64,000 bases of DNA from a virus (IMGVR_UViG_3300021957_000014:22213-86212), one strand, 5' to 3'; shown: positions 1-10,212, numbered from the stretch's first letter. Notes: generated by a model from the letters alone, not told the origin. A program made the numbers and translations.

Positions 1-1593
1 TCTTTCTATACCATTTTTAAATACCTTAATGAAGTTATCATTAAAGAATAGGCTCTTTCCATGGATATCATTTCCATTGAAAAGTGTTTGGTCTGCAATT
101 GCAATGAACTCGTACTGACCAAAAGTTTCGTGGTTTTCTTGAATGACTTCGTCACCCACTGACCCTAAAACACCAGCTGCGCCCGAACCACCTGTGGCAA
201 AGTTATCAAAGACAACCATCTCTCCACCTTCGTAGTTCGTTCCACCAGTTTCAATAAATACTCTTTCAACTCCACCTAGTGACAACCCACTTACGTTGGT
301 TACACATTCTACACTGTCTAGGTTGTCCTTTGCACCGATAAAGTTAATCTTATCAGCATTACTATACATGGAACCAGCATTTCCACCTTCAAGCAGTACA
401 CCACTGCCATCTTCCCATAATAGGTCAAAGTCTACAGGTTCTTTTAAAATTAACCCACCGTCTTCTAATAATGCGTTGTCACCAGTTTCGGTTAGTATAC
501 TACCATCTTCTGAGTCCACACCAACATAAGTTGAAGATGCATCGTGGTTTATAGAATGTACTAGACCTTGAAGTACCCCAGTCTCGATGGTCACACCATC
601 TCTATCGACTAACTCTACCGCTGCACCAGCAGTAAATGTTCCTTTGTGATTGTCTGTAATTTGTAATGAAAATTCATCGTTGCTGAGGTCAAGAACATAT
701 ACGGATTCAACAACTGACTCAGCTTGAATTGTAGTTCTAGTGGCATCTTTGTATTCTACAATTTTATCTGTAGCAACTGGAAGTCTACCTTCCTTATCCA
801 TCTTGACATTTACTCTTCTTTCTTGAGAGTAGTTTGAATCAGATGCAAATATTGTTTCGTTGTAGGGGTAACGCACCTCGGCATCGTCCCCATATAGAAG
901 TCTCATCAAGAATTTTAATGAGTCTTCTGTTCCCTTTTGTTGATATAGGTCTTTGATGTTTTTGATTGTGAGTCTCTTGTTCATTGTGAGACCCAAATCG
1001 AAAGCTGGTGCTAAATCTGTTTGGAAGTAATTTAAAAAATCTTCCGTTGTATGGTCGATATCAGAATAATCTAATAGTCGATTGTTTGCGAGAATTGTAT
1101 TTTCTTTATATGAAACAACGGAAGTTTCTCGTCCACCTTCTCGTCCTTTAATGATTTCACCCTTGGCAAAACCTGTTCCCGATATTGTTTGTAGATACAA
1201 TGTGTTATTATTAATAACTGTTATTTTAGAAACAGTTTTACTTGTGCTACCTACAATGTATTCACCAACTTTATATGGGTCGGTAAATGCATTTGTGCTA
1301 TCATCATAACCATTGTATAATACTTTTGAACTTTCTTGGTCGGGTGATGGCGAGACGGTAGCAGTTTCCAATAACATGGAACCTGTACCGTCTTCATTTA
1401 AAATACCATCTATGTCACTCTTACTGAAATCAGATTTATTACTGACTTCGAAGACTAAGATTTCTGCTTCTAGATACTCAAAGTATGCATTGAGGAAAGC
1501 CTCAAACATCGGAGACTCTTCCTTCAAATACTCGGGAAGTAATGAAGGTAGTCTATGACTTAGTTTATCTATTGAAAATTCTTGGTGTGACAT
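1..1593 (-). CDS. gp7: Baseplate wedge protein gp7-like (partial, runs off the left end of the window)
   Basis: Not in the ORF track. Translated by hand from ATG at 1593: MSHQEFSIDKLSHRLPSLLPEYLKEESPMFEAFLNAYFEYLE...IKNIKDLYQQKGTEDSLKFLMRLLYG, the typical marine T4-like gp7 N-terminus. Lies downstream of gp6. Confidence 0.8.
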   Translation of the reverse strand, partial: MSHQEFSIDKLSHRLPSLLPEYLKEESPMFEAFLNAYFEYLEAEILVFEVSNKSDFSKSDIDGILNEDGTGSMLLETATVSPSPDQESSKVLYNGYDDSTNAFTDPYKVGEYIVGSTSKTVSKITVINNNTLYLQTISGTGFAKGEIIKGREGGRETSVVSYKENTILANNRLLDYSDIDHTTEDFLNYFQTDLAPAFDLGLTMNKRLTIKNIKDLYQQKGTEDSLKFLMRLLYGDDAEVRYPYNETIFASDSNYSQERRVNVKMDKEGRLPVATDKIVEYKDATRTTIQAESVVESVYVLDLSNDEFSLQITDNHKGTFTAGAAVELVDRDGVTIETGVLQGLVHSINHDASSTYVGVDSEDGSILTETGDNALLEDGGLILKEPVDFDLLWEDGSGVLLEGGNAGSMYSNADKINFIGAKDNLDSVECVTNVSGLSLGGVERVFIETGGTNYEGGEMVVFDNFATGGSGAAGVLGSVGDEVIQENHETFGQYEFIAIADQTLFNGNDIHGKSLFFNDNFIKVFKNGIER

Positions 1594-1608
1594 ATTTTTA
1601 GCTTAACC

Positions 1609-2082
1609 TTAAGTTATAGTTGCACCATTCTTTGCCACAACAAACCAAGCAGTACCATTCCACATAAGTAGAACTGACTCTCCACGAGTATCCATCTGAA
1701 TCTGAAGAGTTGTATCTGTGGAGTAACCCCAAGAAGCAACTTGAATCTGAGCTTTATGAGTTGAAGCTGGTTCAGTAGATAGTAGGATAATTTTTAACTG
1801 ACCTACGTCTGTTCCGTTATCCAAAGTGAATTCAACATCACCACTGAATGCAGTTCCATCAATGAACGTTGCAAAAGTTGATGCAAGGTTTGATGCTGTT
1901 GCTGTCAATGTAGCAATATCATCTATCGCTATGTGAGTTGGAATGTTTTCAAACATCTGACCAATGGTCATCTTTTTGTTTACAGGAGTTCCGCCTGGGT
2001 TGTCTACAATGTGCAATAAATCATCAGCACCGATTTCTGAATCGGCAACTGCTGTTAATGCTGTTATTTTCTTATCTGCCAT
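1609..2082 (-). CDS. Virion structural protein (MADKKITALT-type, baseplate or fibre associated)
   Basis: Strong SD (AGGAG). The N-terminal MADKKIT(A/E)L motif is common in phage structural proteins. Beta-rich C-terminus (LMWNGTAWFV). Lies between gp6 and gp7. Confidence 0.6.
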   Translation of the reverse strand: MADKKITALTAVADSEIGADDLLHIVDNPGGTPVNKKMTIGQMFENIPTHIAIDDIATLTATASNLASTFATFIDGTAFSGDVEFTLDNGTDVGQLKIILLSTEPASTHKAQIQVASWGYSTDTTLQIQMDTRGESVLLMWNGTAWFVVAKNGATIT

Positions 2083-2113
2083 TTTTATTTCTCCTAAAAT
2101 TGACTAATTTAAT

Positions 2114-2130
2114 TAAAACCTCTTTCGAGG
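2114..2130 (-). terminator. Probable intrinsic terminator or hairpin after gp6
   Basis: Minus strand reads CCTC-GAAA-GAGG followed by TTTTAA. Confidence 0.45.
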
Positions 2131-2180
2131 AATGCTACTCTAAGCACTGAACCTACAGTCTTAGACCACTCTATGCATAA

Positions 2181-4052
2181 TTAATATGTCGAGGATGATG
2201 TGGATTTGTATCCAACACCAGCACTTGACTCACCACTTGCAATGGTGTCTACTTCACCTGTTACACTAACATCTGTTGGGTCGATATCCACTAGATTACC
2301 TAGTGTTGCAACCACATCATTACCTGCTGGTATAACTGTGAAATCAATCGTTGAATCAGTATTGACCGTTGAGGTAATATTGATGGCATTGATTGTTATT
2401 TTCCCATTCGGATAATCCACTGTACCAGCTGCACTATCCAAATAAACTCTGGCCCCACTTGATAAGTAGAACCGTCTAAGAGTACCCTTACCGTCATCAT
2501 CGAAATAATGAACGTTAACTGTATCTCCTTGAGTATAGAAACCTGTTGTTTGGGTGATACCACCACCCGCTGCATTATATCCACTGTTTGGATTGTATAA
2601 TGCATTACCGAAAGCACTTAAATAACCAGTCTCTTGTCCAGTCTTTATAGTAGTTGCTTTCCTTAATCTGATATTACATGTATTAGATAGTATTGACCCA
2701 TCTGTTTCATCGATAGACTTAACAAGATTTGAATGTCTGAACACTGAATCAAAGTTTGCAAGATTAGTATTATCGAATGTGTTAATTGCACTCGTTACTA
2801 GTGTTACCAATTCTCCGTTAGAATATTGAGTTGCATTCTCGTTATACTTGAATACACATGTGATTAAAATTTTGACTATGTCTGCATCGATGATAGTAGG
2901 TCTAACAGTCAACATGTTTAGTTTGTTGAGTTTGCTTTGAACTAACTTCTTCTCTGTATCAGATAAGTAGTCTGCGTTCTTAGGTTTAAGTGCAATAAAC
3001 ACTTTACCATATTCGGGTGGGTCATTGTCTTCACCACCCCATACTGCAACTGCATCTGCATTCGGATAATACTCACTGACCTTTGCTTTGTAGTCATTCA
3101 GTGTTACCAGTCTGTTTTGAGATGTATAGAACTTCGTTGCTTTAAACTTGATAGAATCTATAGACTCTTTCTCTGCACCACCTGTAGCTGGAATAACTCT
3201 AGTTGTTCTTATATCTGAGAAACCATTGATACCACCCACCATTGTAAATAAGTTAGCACCATCTGCATGGTTTTCATCTACTACAATGTATGTCACTGCA
3301 ATCGAATCCCCATCTTTGAGATTAGCACCAAGAACTCCATCACCAAAGTATAATTCAATATAACCTTCTTCGTTTTCTTGGGTATAGTATACTTTACTCG
3401 ATGTTGTAATTGCAGAGATGTTTGTTGATAAAGCATAGTTAGATGATAAACCACCACTTGTAACTACAACACTCAATTTAGATTTGTCTACCCTTGCATT
3501 ACTAAGTACAAACTTTGAATTTGCAATTTGATTATCAAAAACAAAAATGTCTGTTGCATAAGTTCCTTGTACAAGGTTTACGTCCGTGTAATTGTAAGTA
3601 GTTCCATTCTGGCTAGGTCTTACTGTTGATGATACTACAAAATCGTAGTTAGTTCCATCATACACTGTCTGAAAAACTGTTCCTCTCAATAGTTGCATTT
3701 CAGCTGTAGTTGGAGAAGTACCATTTGCATTTCTAACTCCACTACATGCAACATCAATTGTTGCTTCAGAGGCTGATTCAGACGCTGGAATGAATCCTAA
3801 ATCCTTTGCACGAGATACTACATTCTTTCTCATCTGTGCAGAGTCTAGGAATAATTCCGAAGCTGCTATGTTTGTATTGATTGCACCTATGTGAGATGCA
3901 TATGCGAGAAGGTCAATCAAGACTGACATGTTTGACCCTTCAAAATCATAATCTTTGAATTGAGACTGACCTTTTAGATATCCCTTTAGGTTATCTGAAA
4001 TTGAATCAAAATCTAAATCTGTTACATTTATTTGTGAACTGTTTGTTGCCAT
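2181..4052 (-). CDS. gp6: Baseplate wedge subunit gp6
   Basis: LDFDSI..LK.YLK.Q..FKDYDFEGS N-terminus, FGDGVLG, QNRLVT..DY, WGGEDNDPPEYGKVFI. 623 aa. Confidence 0.95.
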   Translation of the reverse strand: MATNSSQINVTDLDFDSISDNLKGYLKGQSQFKDYDFEGSNMSVLIDLLAYASHIGAINTNIAASELFLDSAQMRKNVVSRAKDLGFIPASESASEATIDVACSGVRNANGTSPTTAEMQLLRGTVFQTVYDGTNYDFVVSSTVRPSQNGTTYNYTDVNLVQGTYATDIFVFDNQIANSKFVLSNARVDKSKLSVVVTSGGLSSNYALSTNISAITTSSKVYYTQENEEGYIELYFGDGVLGANLKDGDSIAVTYIVVDENHADGANLFTMVGGINGFSDIRTTRVIPATGGAEKESIDSIKFKATKFYTSQNRLVTLNDYKAKVSEYYPNADAVAVWGGEDNDPPEYGKVFIALKPKNADYLSDTEKKLVQSKLNKLNMLTVRPTIIDADIVKILITCVFKYNENATQYSNGELVTLVTSAINTFDNTNLANFDSVFRHSNLVKSIDETDGSILSNTCNIRLRKATTIKTGQETGYLSAFGNALYNPNSGYNAAGGGITQTTGFYTQGDTVNVHYFDDDGKGTLRRFYLSSGARVYLDSAAGTVDYPNGKITINAINITSTVNTDSTIDFTVIPAGNDVVATLGNLVDIDPTDVSVTGEVDTIASGESSAGVGYKSTSSSTY

Positions 4053-4053
4053 C

Positions 4054-4473
4054 TTATCGTGCCCTTGTTACTGTGAATGTCAAATCGTTATTTGGAACAC
4101 CCTCGTTAATGTTGTAGAATACTGTTACATCCATATTGTTGTCATCCACATCATCAAATTTTATAGTTACATTTGAGACTCTTGGTTCGAACTTCTCTAT
4201 AGTATCTGCTAAGACTCTTTTCATTCTACGTACCTTTCTATCGGTATCTAATTCGAATAACATGTTTCTGATAGACCCACCAAAGTTTGGTTTAAATGGT
4301 CTTTCATATTTGTTGGTTAGAACAATGTTTCTTACTGCTCTACGTATTGCATCCGTATCCGTTTTAATGGTTACATCACCTGTGACTGGATGAGCTCTCA
4401 TAGTGATATCCATATCAGAGTGTATGTTTTTGTTTGCAACGGTCTTTCCGTTATTTACTAGTTGGTCTGACAT
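4054..4473 (-). CDS. gp25: Baseplate wedge subunit gp25
   Basis: HPVTGD, AIRRAVRNIVLTN..ERPF.P.FG, FEPRV motifs. Confidence 0.95.
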   Translation of the reverse strand: MSDQLVNNGKTVANKNIHSDMDITMRAHPVTGDVTIKTDTDAIRRAVRNIVLTNKYERPFKPNFGGSIRNMLFELDTDRKVRRMKRVLADTIEKFEPRVSNVTIKFDDVDDNNMDVTVFYNINEGVPNNDLTFTVTRAR

Positions 4474-4478
4474 ATATC

Positions 4479-4486
4479 TATTTATA
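4479..4486 (-). promoter_or_regulatory. T4-type late promoter TATAAATA upstream of gp25
   Basis: Exact gp55 consensus on the minus strand, 5 nt before the gp25 ATG. Confidence 0.8.
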
Positions 4487-4501
4487 CTCGCTTACTTATT
4501 A

Positions 4502-5839
4502 CTAACTTGGTTTTTCTGACTCATTCTTTTTACCAGCATTCGTACCTTGACCAGTATCCATAGATATTGTTTTGTGGGTATGAGATGAAAGTTTAGGTTT
4601 ATTATTCTGTAGGGTTTGTATCTCTCCGTCTGCAACTATAGATTTCTTATTAGTCTGAGCTCCAGTGATATGAACCGTACCGTCAACTGTTAGATTTGTA
4701 GTCATTTTTGTAGTTGGTGAAGTGAATGTTGTATTACCCACTACATCTGCATTTAGTGTTCCACCTATCTGTGCATCTACGTTACCTTCGGTCACATCTA
4801 GATTGACATTACCTTTTGATACGGTTGTGAGAACATTTCCTTCTGATACTGTCGTGGTCATGTCTCCCTTCAATATGTCTGTTGTTACATTTCCTTCTGC
4901 TACTGTTGTGTGTACATTTCCTGTATTCACATTGATAGTTACATTACCTTTCTCTACGATTATGTCTGCATTACCAGCTATGAAAATGCTCTCGTTTTTA
5001 CACACTACTTGATAGTGGTCATTTACTATTCTAGAAACTTCTGACCCATCGGGATGTATCTCATGGAATGTTCCCGACCTGTGATGTATGTTTAGTCTTT
5101 CTGCAGTTGGAGTATCATCAACTTCAATTAGATGACCCGACTCTGTTGCTGTAACTTTGTTGTATGGGTAGACTGGTGCTTCTGCACTATCTAAGAATCC
5201 TTCTAAGTTGTCTGATAGTTTATGCTCATAAAGAGTACCCTCTTTAGATACACCTCTTGCAAAACTTGACAAATCAGATTGGTCGGTGTATAATGGATAG
5301 AAAGGCAAATCATCTTCTGTTAGTTCTGTCTCTTCAATGGTTGAACCTGTTGCATCATACTTGATGTCAATTGTTTTGGGTTCTTTGGGTGCAGTATCTA
5401 ATGCACTCGTTAAACCAAACCCTCTTCTAACATCCTGTTTTGGATTGGGCCCATCGGATGTATCATTGTAATCTTCTACGGTTAACTTTCTAGGGTCATT
5501 GAACCCTCTATCAGTTGCCCTACTAATAAGTTCGTCTGTAACAGATTCTTTGTATCCCACTTGAGGGATACCTGCTGTTGTTCCCAGTATGATAGGGTCT
5601 TGTTTTAAATCACCATCTCTGAAATAACCAAATACTGTAGAACCTTCTATAAGTCCGTGTTGAGTTCCTATACCCGAAAGTGCAGCTGCAGTGGTTGGAA
5701 GAACTACTTGACACCACGGTAAATCGGGTGTTGCAATTAACTGTTTGTTGTCGGTATGTATTCCGTGTATACGTACACGAACCCTACCTATCATAAGAGG
5801 GTCTTGTCTGTCTTCGACTATACCATAAAAATAATCCAT
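4502..5839 (-). CDS. gp5: Baseplate central spike gp5 (no lysozyme domain)
   Basis: OB-fold GIVEDRQDPL..GRVRVRI.G.H and DLPW, then YPYNKVT.TESGH..EVDDTP.AER...HRSGTF.EIHPDG, beta-helix repeats and a C-terminal HTH motif. Confidence 0.92.
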   Translation of the reverse strand: MDYFYGIVEDRQDPLMIGRVRVRIHGIHTDNKQLIATPDLPWCQVVLPTTAAALSGIGTQHGLIEGSTVFGYFRDGDLKQDPIILGTTAGIPQVGYKESVTDELISRATDRGFNDPRKLTVEDYNDTSDGPNPKQDVRRGFGLTSALDTAPKEPKTIDIKYDATGSTIEETELTEDDLPFYPLYTDQSDLSSFARGVSKEGTLYEHKLSDNLEGFLDSAEAPVYPYNKVTATESGHLIEVDDTPTAERLNIHHRSGTFHEIHPDGSEVSRIVNDHYQVVCKNESIFIAGNADIIVEKGNVTINVNTGNVHTTVAEGNVTTDILKGDMTTTVSEGNVLTTVSKGNVNLDVTEGNVDAQIGGTLNADVVGNTTFTSPTTKMTTNLTVDGTVHITGAQTNKKSIVADGEIQTLQNNKPKLSSHTHKTISMDTGQGTNAGKKNESEKPS

Positions 5840-7287
5840 TATGTCTCCTTCACTGCTTTGTCACTTGATTCTATGCCCGGCGCATCTGCTATTTCCATTG
5901 TGTAACTTTCTTTAACACACTCTAAATGCATTATACCCGAAGCAGCTGCTGGTTCGAAATTTAAGCTCATGTCCGTAATCAAATACCTGTCATCGTTTAG
6001 ATTGCTACTTACATTACCATCCAATGTTTCTGCGCCTGGAATTTTTAATTTAATAACCGTTCCAGCAGAGATGTCGGTTCTCAATGGTATGGTTACTATC
6101 ATCTTATGTTGTTCAAGAATTTCTAGTAATGCTCTTCTCTCTAGTTTTGCATTGTCTTTGTTTTTAATTCCTTGGAAGACTTCATCTGTTGCAATGGAAT
6201 CTGCATTATCAAATGTGTGGTTTGATGTGTAAGTATAATCTACGATAGTTTTGAATTCTTTATTCATTGCAAGGTCTACATCTACTTCAATTGTATCGGG
6301 TGATGTCCTATCATCTGATTGGTTGTGAGCAGATAGACTAACTTCATCTTCATCTGTTACGATAAGTGGGAAGCCAGAAAGATGTGTTCCTCTTGCCATG
6401 GTTTCCTTGTAATCATAAATCACATCTTCTTCCAATTTTCTAACTGGGTCATAGACTTTCATTGAGGCACCATATGCACCACCAATCATAGCACTAAGAG
6501 TATCCATCAATTGTGGTTTGAAGTAACTTAGAATTCTACTATTAAGACCGCCTGGAGCATTCAAATCTTTTTCATGTGTGTCCACATCTGCAGATGTTGG
6601 TTTAAATGAAAACTCAACTGGAAACTCTCTTTGGAACATTCCATCAATTGACCCGAATCTAAATCCACCATTAAGTGTTTGATAAAAAAACATAGAGTTT
6701 CTCCACCCATCACTTTTTTCTGAATGAGAGGTGGTGATACACCAATCCATAAATCGATTAACTGTCCAGTTAGGACAAATGAATTGATGGTTTGCTGGGG
6801 TAGTCTCTTCCCATAAGTCAAACTCTTCGGGATAGAAATGTGTTTCATCTAATAATGCATCTTGTAGCATTTGACCCTTTGTACCCCTAAAGGTTTTACT
6901 CAATCGTTTTTTGTTTACATAAAATTGTCTAGGGTCACAGAAGAACATAACAAATGTTTGTGTACTCTCTTTAGGTCTCTGAACGTTTTCTACTTTATAA
7001 ACTCTAAATGACTTGTCAATCGTAAATTCCTTTGCAGCCTCTTCATCAAATCCTTCTTTCTGTTTAATAGATATACGAATATATTCTTGACCAGTAAATC
7101 TGTAGTTCTTTAATATGTCTAAGCCATCAAGAATAGATGCTTGACCTGAGCAGAACTTTGAGAATATCGATTCGTATAAGGTTACACCCACAGTCAAAGC
7201 ATCAATAACAACTGACTCTCCATGTTGATTGATTAGTGTGAATGCTTCGATGGAAAACCCACCTTCAACAAAATTACCTTGGGCCAT
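5839..7287 (-). CDS. Putative baseplate hub protein (gp27/late-control-D-like)
   Basis: Position between gp53 and gp5. LYESIFS..CSG...D, FFYQTLNGGFRF and C-terminal AG.VI.L.IP...YLIT motifs are typical of this conserved marine T4-like gene. Confidence 0.6.
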   Translation of the reverse strand: MAQGNFVEGGFSIEAFTLINQHGESVVIDALTVGVTLYESIFSKFCSGQASILDGLDILKNYRFTGQEYIRISIKQKEGFDEEAAKEFTIDKSFRVYKVENVQRPKESTQTFVMFFCDPRQFYVNKKRLSKTFRGTKGQMLQDALLDETHFYPEEFDLWEETTPANHQFICPNWTVNRFMDWCITTSHSEKSDGWRNSMFFYQTLNGGFRFGSIDGMFQREFPVEFSFKPTSADVDTHEKDLNAPGGLNSRILSYFKPQLMDTLSAMIGGAYGASMKVYDPVRKLEEDVIYDYKETMARGTHLSGFPLIVTDEDEVSLSAHNQSDDRTSPDTIEVDVDLAMNKEFKTIVDYTYTSNHTFDNADSIATDEVFQGIKNKDNAKLERRALLEILEQHKMIVTIPLRTDISAGTVIKLKIPGAETLDGNVSSNLNDDRYLITDMSLNFEPAAASGIMHLECVKESYTMEIADAPGIESSDKAVKET

Positions 7288-7997
7288 TATGAACTCATTA
7301 TTTTATCAAACTCTTGCACAACTCTTCGGATGTATTGTGGTCTGATAATTTTTATTAATCTTTTTGTATCGTTTTTATCGAACTCGTCTTGCCAGAGTGT
7401 TACTGCAGTATAACCATTTACAAAAGTGTTAGACCGTAATCCTTCATCATTCTTGTAGTATGATATACCATCAATTTGATTGATTGCACTTAAAATGGTT
7501 GCAGTTTTTTCTGAACCTGTTATGGTGTCTCCACCAATAAAGTCTATTCTACCATCAACACCAATTCTATTATATGTAGGTTCCACTTTAATGACATGTG
7601 CTGTGTTACCAGTATTAGATTTAATTTCTTCTCCTAATAGGAACTTCCCATCTTCATCAATCATATCAGACGTATTACTAAAGGTTAGGTATTGGCCTGG
7701 GTATTTTTCCTTTAGATATGCTTCAAAGGTTGGAGTGTCTTTATGCCAGTCAAAATATGATTCCATTTCATTGACTAGTAGTAGAGTCCAGTGTAAATCA
7801 CCGTTACCATACAATTTGGTTGCAACTACATCGGGTCTTTCTCCATCCTGTAGTTCATAGTATTCATAATCAATAACTTTGTGTAAAGCACCTTGGTCTA
7901 TCTTTGACTTTCTAAAAAAGTCTTTGATGGTAATCCACTTACCATTAGCTAATTTGTATTGAGTTGTTGGAAAATTTTCGAAATATTGATTTGCCAT
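7287..7997 (-). CDS. gp53: Baseplate wedge protein gp53
   Basis: YFENFP...Y and LysM-like DGERPDVVA.KLYG...HW.LLLVN. Confidence 0.92.
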   Translation of the reverse strand: MANQYFENFPTTQYKLANGKWITIKDFFRKSKIDQGALHKVIDYEYYELQDGERPDVVATKLYGNGDLHWTLLLVNEMESYFDWHKDTPTFEAYLKEKYPGQYLTFSNTSDMIDEDGKFLLGEEIKSNTGNTAHVIKVEPTYNRIGVDGRIDFIGGDTITGSEKTATILSAINQIDGISYYKNDEGLRSNTFVNGYTAVTLWQDEFDKNDTKRLIKIIRPQYIRRVVQEFDKIMSS

Positions 7998-8000
7998 AGT

Positions 8001-9137
8001 TTAACCCCCACCACCATTGGCACTTTTATCTCTATTTGATGCTGCAACGGTTTCTTGTCTTCTTTCAGCCAATGAGGTCATCCCACCACCTAAGTCTTGT
8101 TTCTTTGCTGACTTGGATATTGTCTGATAGTTTTCCTGTGTAAGTATTTTGATTTCTGTGAAACTTAGTGACATTTTTGTTGATATTGGATACCCATCTT
8201 CAAATAGTTTGTTTGAATGCGAGACGTTACATGATGTACATACCATGGGTAAGAAGTCATCAAATTTATCTGCAATTGGGCCCTCCCATTCTAATTTAAA
8301 CATGTTGGGATAGTTGAAATAATTTTCAATTGCAGTATCACCTTCTGCTTCTCCATATGTGTCGGGTAACATTGCAGTCTTGAATCCCCATACGATATCT
8401 TTCACTGCAGTTGCTTCGTCACTATTTCTAGGGAAAAACTCATATTCAAAAGAAAAATCTCTGAAACCCACTCCTTCGAACATCTGTTCTTCCATAGGGT
8501 TGGCTGCTCTTCCAGCAAGGAAGTTGTTTGCACCGCCAGTGAGCATAGAACCTAGTTTGTTCATACCATCTTGGACTGCTCCCTCTAATGCAGTTCCAGT
8601 TGCTTGTAATGTTGAACCATCCATTTTACCATTGAATGAATCTTTTATCTCAAGTCCTCGTCTAATACCAGCACCAACACCTTCATTCTTGTAGGTTGCC
8701 TTCACATCCCCTTCACTTATTTCATCGGGAACATATAGTGCAATCTCAACTGATTCTGAGGACAATAAATTTTTGTTATTAGCACCATCTGCGTTTCTAG
8801 CAGTTCTAGGTAAAGTGGTGAATACAAGATAATTCTGTAACTCTTCCCCAATAGGGTACTGCAGTTCTCTAACTCTTGTCTCGGGTGATTTTTTCCCTTG
8901 TTGTTTTGCTTGTTTCGATGCTTTATTCTTCTCTAAAGAAGACCGTCTTTTGTCTAGTGTTGCTTGTGCTTCTTCTGCTTGTTGGGCAAGCTTGTCTGCA
9001 ACATCGGATAATGACCCCGATGCTAGATTTTTTAAGTCGTATCCCTTTCCAGTAAGTTTTGCTTGAATACCCTTAAGAGATTTCACTGCACTTTTAGCTT
9101 GACTTACTTTATTGAGTATTTTGTTGATATTCGGCAT
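8001..9137 (-). CDS. gp48: Baseplate tail-tube cap gp48
   Basis: LQYP, IALYVP, NP..EQMFEGVGFRDFSFEYEFFPRN..EA and LSFTEI motifs. Confidence 0.88.
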   Translation of the reverse strand: MPNINKILNKVSQAKSAVKSLKGIQAKLTGKGYDLKNLASGSLSDVADKLAQQAEEAQATLDKRRSSLEKNKASKQAKQQGKKSPETRVRELQYPIGEELQNYLVFTTLPRTARNADGANNKNLLSSESVEIALYVPDEISEGDVKATYKNEGVGAGIRRGLEIKDSFNGKMDGSTLQATGTALEGAVQDGMNKLGSMLTGGANNFLAGRAANPMEEQMFEGVGFRDFSFEYEFFPRNSDEATAVKDIVWGFKTAMLPDTYGEAEGDTAIENYFNYPNMFKLEWEGPIADKFDDFLPMVCTSCNVSHSNKLFEDGYPISTKMSLSFTEIKILTQENYQTISKSAKKQDLGGGMTSLAERRQETVAASNRDKSANGGGG

Positions 9138-9147
9138 TCAGAATCCC

Positions 9148-9155
9148 TATAAATA
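9148..9155 (+). promoter_or_regulatory. Late promoter TATAAATA for the gp4 operon
   Basis: Exact consensus 29 nt upstream of the gp4 ATG. Confidence 0.75.
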
Positions 9156-9179
9156 GTTCTTGTTAATTATGGTTACTGT

Positions 9180-9187
9180 TATTTATG
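9180..9187 (-). promoter_or_regulatory. Late promoter variant CATAAATA for the gp48 operon, overlapping the gp4 start
   Basis: Minus-strand CATAAATA facing gp48. The same variant occurs at 11621 and 62559. Confidence 0.55.
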
Positions 9188-9634
9188 GCATATTCGGGTA
9201 AGTTCAAACCAAAGAACTACAAAAAATACAAAGGAGACCCCACAAAAATCTACTATAGGTCTTTATGGGAGCGTAGATTCATGGTTTACTGTGATGAGAA
9301 CAGTAATATCTTGGAATGGGGCAGTGAAGAAATCATAATTCCGTACATTTCACCACTAGATAAGAGACCACATAGGTACTTTCCCGACTTCTATATAAAG
9401 TATAAGAATGCAGCAGGCAAAATACTACGTGAAATCATTGAGGTCAAACCAAAGAAACAAACTAAACCCCCAAAACAACCCAAAAGGAAGACACAACGTT
9501 ACTACAAGGAAGTTGCAACCTATGTTGTCAACGAAGCAAAGTTCAAAGCTGCAGAAAGTTTCTGCAAAGATAGGAAACTGGGTTTTCGCATACTAACCGA
9601 AGACCACTTACTACCGAGGAAAGAGAAAAAGTGA
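9185..9634 (+). CDS. gp4: Head completion nuclease gp4
   Basis: MAYSGKFKPKN..KYKGDPT.I.YRSLWER.FM.YCD, W.SEE, HRYFPDF, EVKP. Confidence 0.95.
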   Translation: MAYSGKFKPKNYKKYKGDPTKIYYRSLWERRFMVYCDENSNILEWGSEEIIIPYISPLDKRPHRYFPDFYIKYKNAAGKILREIIEVKPKKQTKPPKQPKRKTQRYYKEVATYVVNEAKFKAAESFCKDRKLGFRILTEDHLLPRKEKK

Positions 9635-10212
9635 AAAAATTATATGTATTTGATTTAGATGGAGTCTTAATTGACTCAAAAAGTAACATGGAGAAGTCAT
9701 TTATCTCCTTACAAACTGGAAAACCATTTGAAGACTACTTCAAGCACATCGGGAAACCCTTCAAAGACATCTTAACTGAGATGGGTATACTCACTGACCA
9801 AGATGAACTGATGGCACAGTACAATAGAGCATCTGCAGAGAACTCCGATATGATAAAGTATTACGATGGTGTCGAATCACACTTACAACATTTAAAGGCT
9901 GAAGGTAAAAAGTTAGCGGTGGTAACTTCAAAGCATTCAGGCAGAGCTCATGTTATTTTGGATGCGTTAGATGTTGAGTTTGATGCAGTCGTTTGTCCCG
10001 ATAATGATTGGAGAGGTAAACCAGCACCCGACCAATTATTGATTGCACTTGCACATTGTAATGTAGACCCAAAAGACGCAGTCTATGTGGGTGACATGCA
10101 AGTCGATATGGATTGTGCAGACAGAGCTGGTGTTGATTTTATTTACGCAGAATATGGATATGGAGATATAGAATGTTGTTGGAACAGAGCAAGTTCAATC
10201 GAGTCGGTTTAA
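9631..10212 (+). CDS. HAD-superfamily phosphatase (phosphoglycolate phosphatase-like, subfamily IA)
   Basis: FDLDGVLIDS motif I, VVTSK motif II, KPAP and YVGDMQVD motif IV. Confidence 0.9.
   Translation: MKKLYVFDLDGVLIDSKSNMEKSFISLQTGKPFEDYFKHIGKPFKDILTEMGILTDQDELMAQYNRASAENSDMIKYYDGVESHLQHLKAEGKKLAVVTSKHSGRAHVILDALDVEFDAVVCPDNDWRGKPAPDQLLIALAHCNVDPKDAVYVGDMQVDMDCADRAGVDFIYAEYGYGDIECCWNRASSIESV

Noticed and set aside
296-8694. Numerous + strand ORFs of 70-126 aa opposite the baseplate genes, and similar ones throughout (e.g. 15382-16032, 59246-59851, 61032-61541)
   Set aside because: They are antisense shadows of well-supported genes, Ser/Leu/Phe-rich, with no SD or recognisable motifs.
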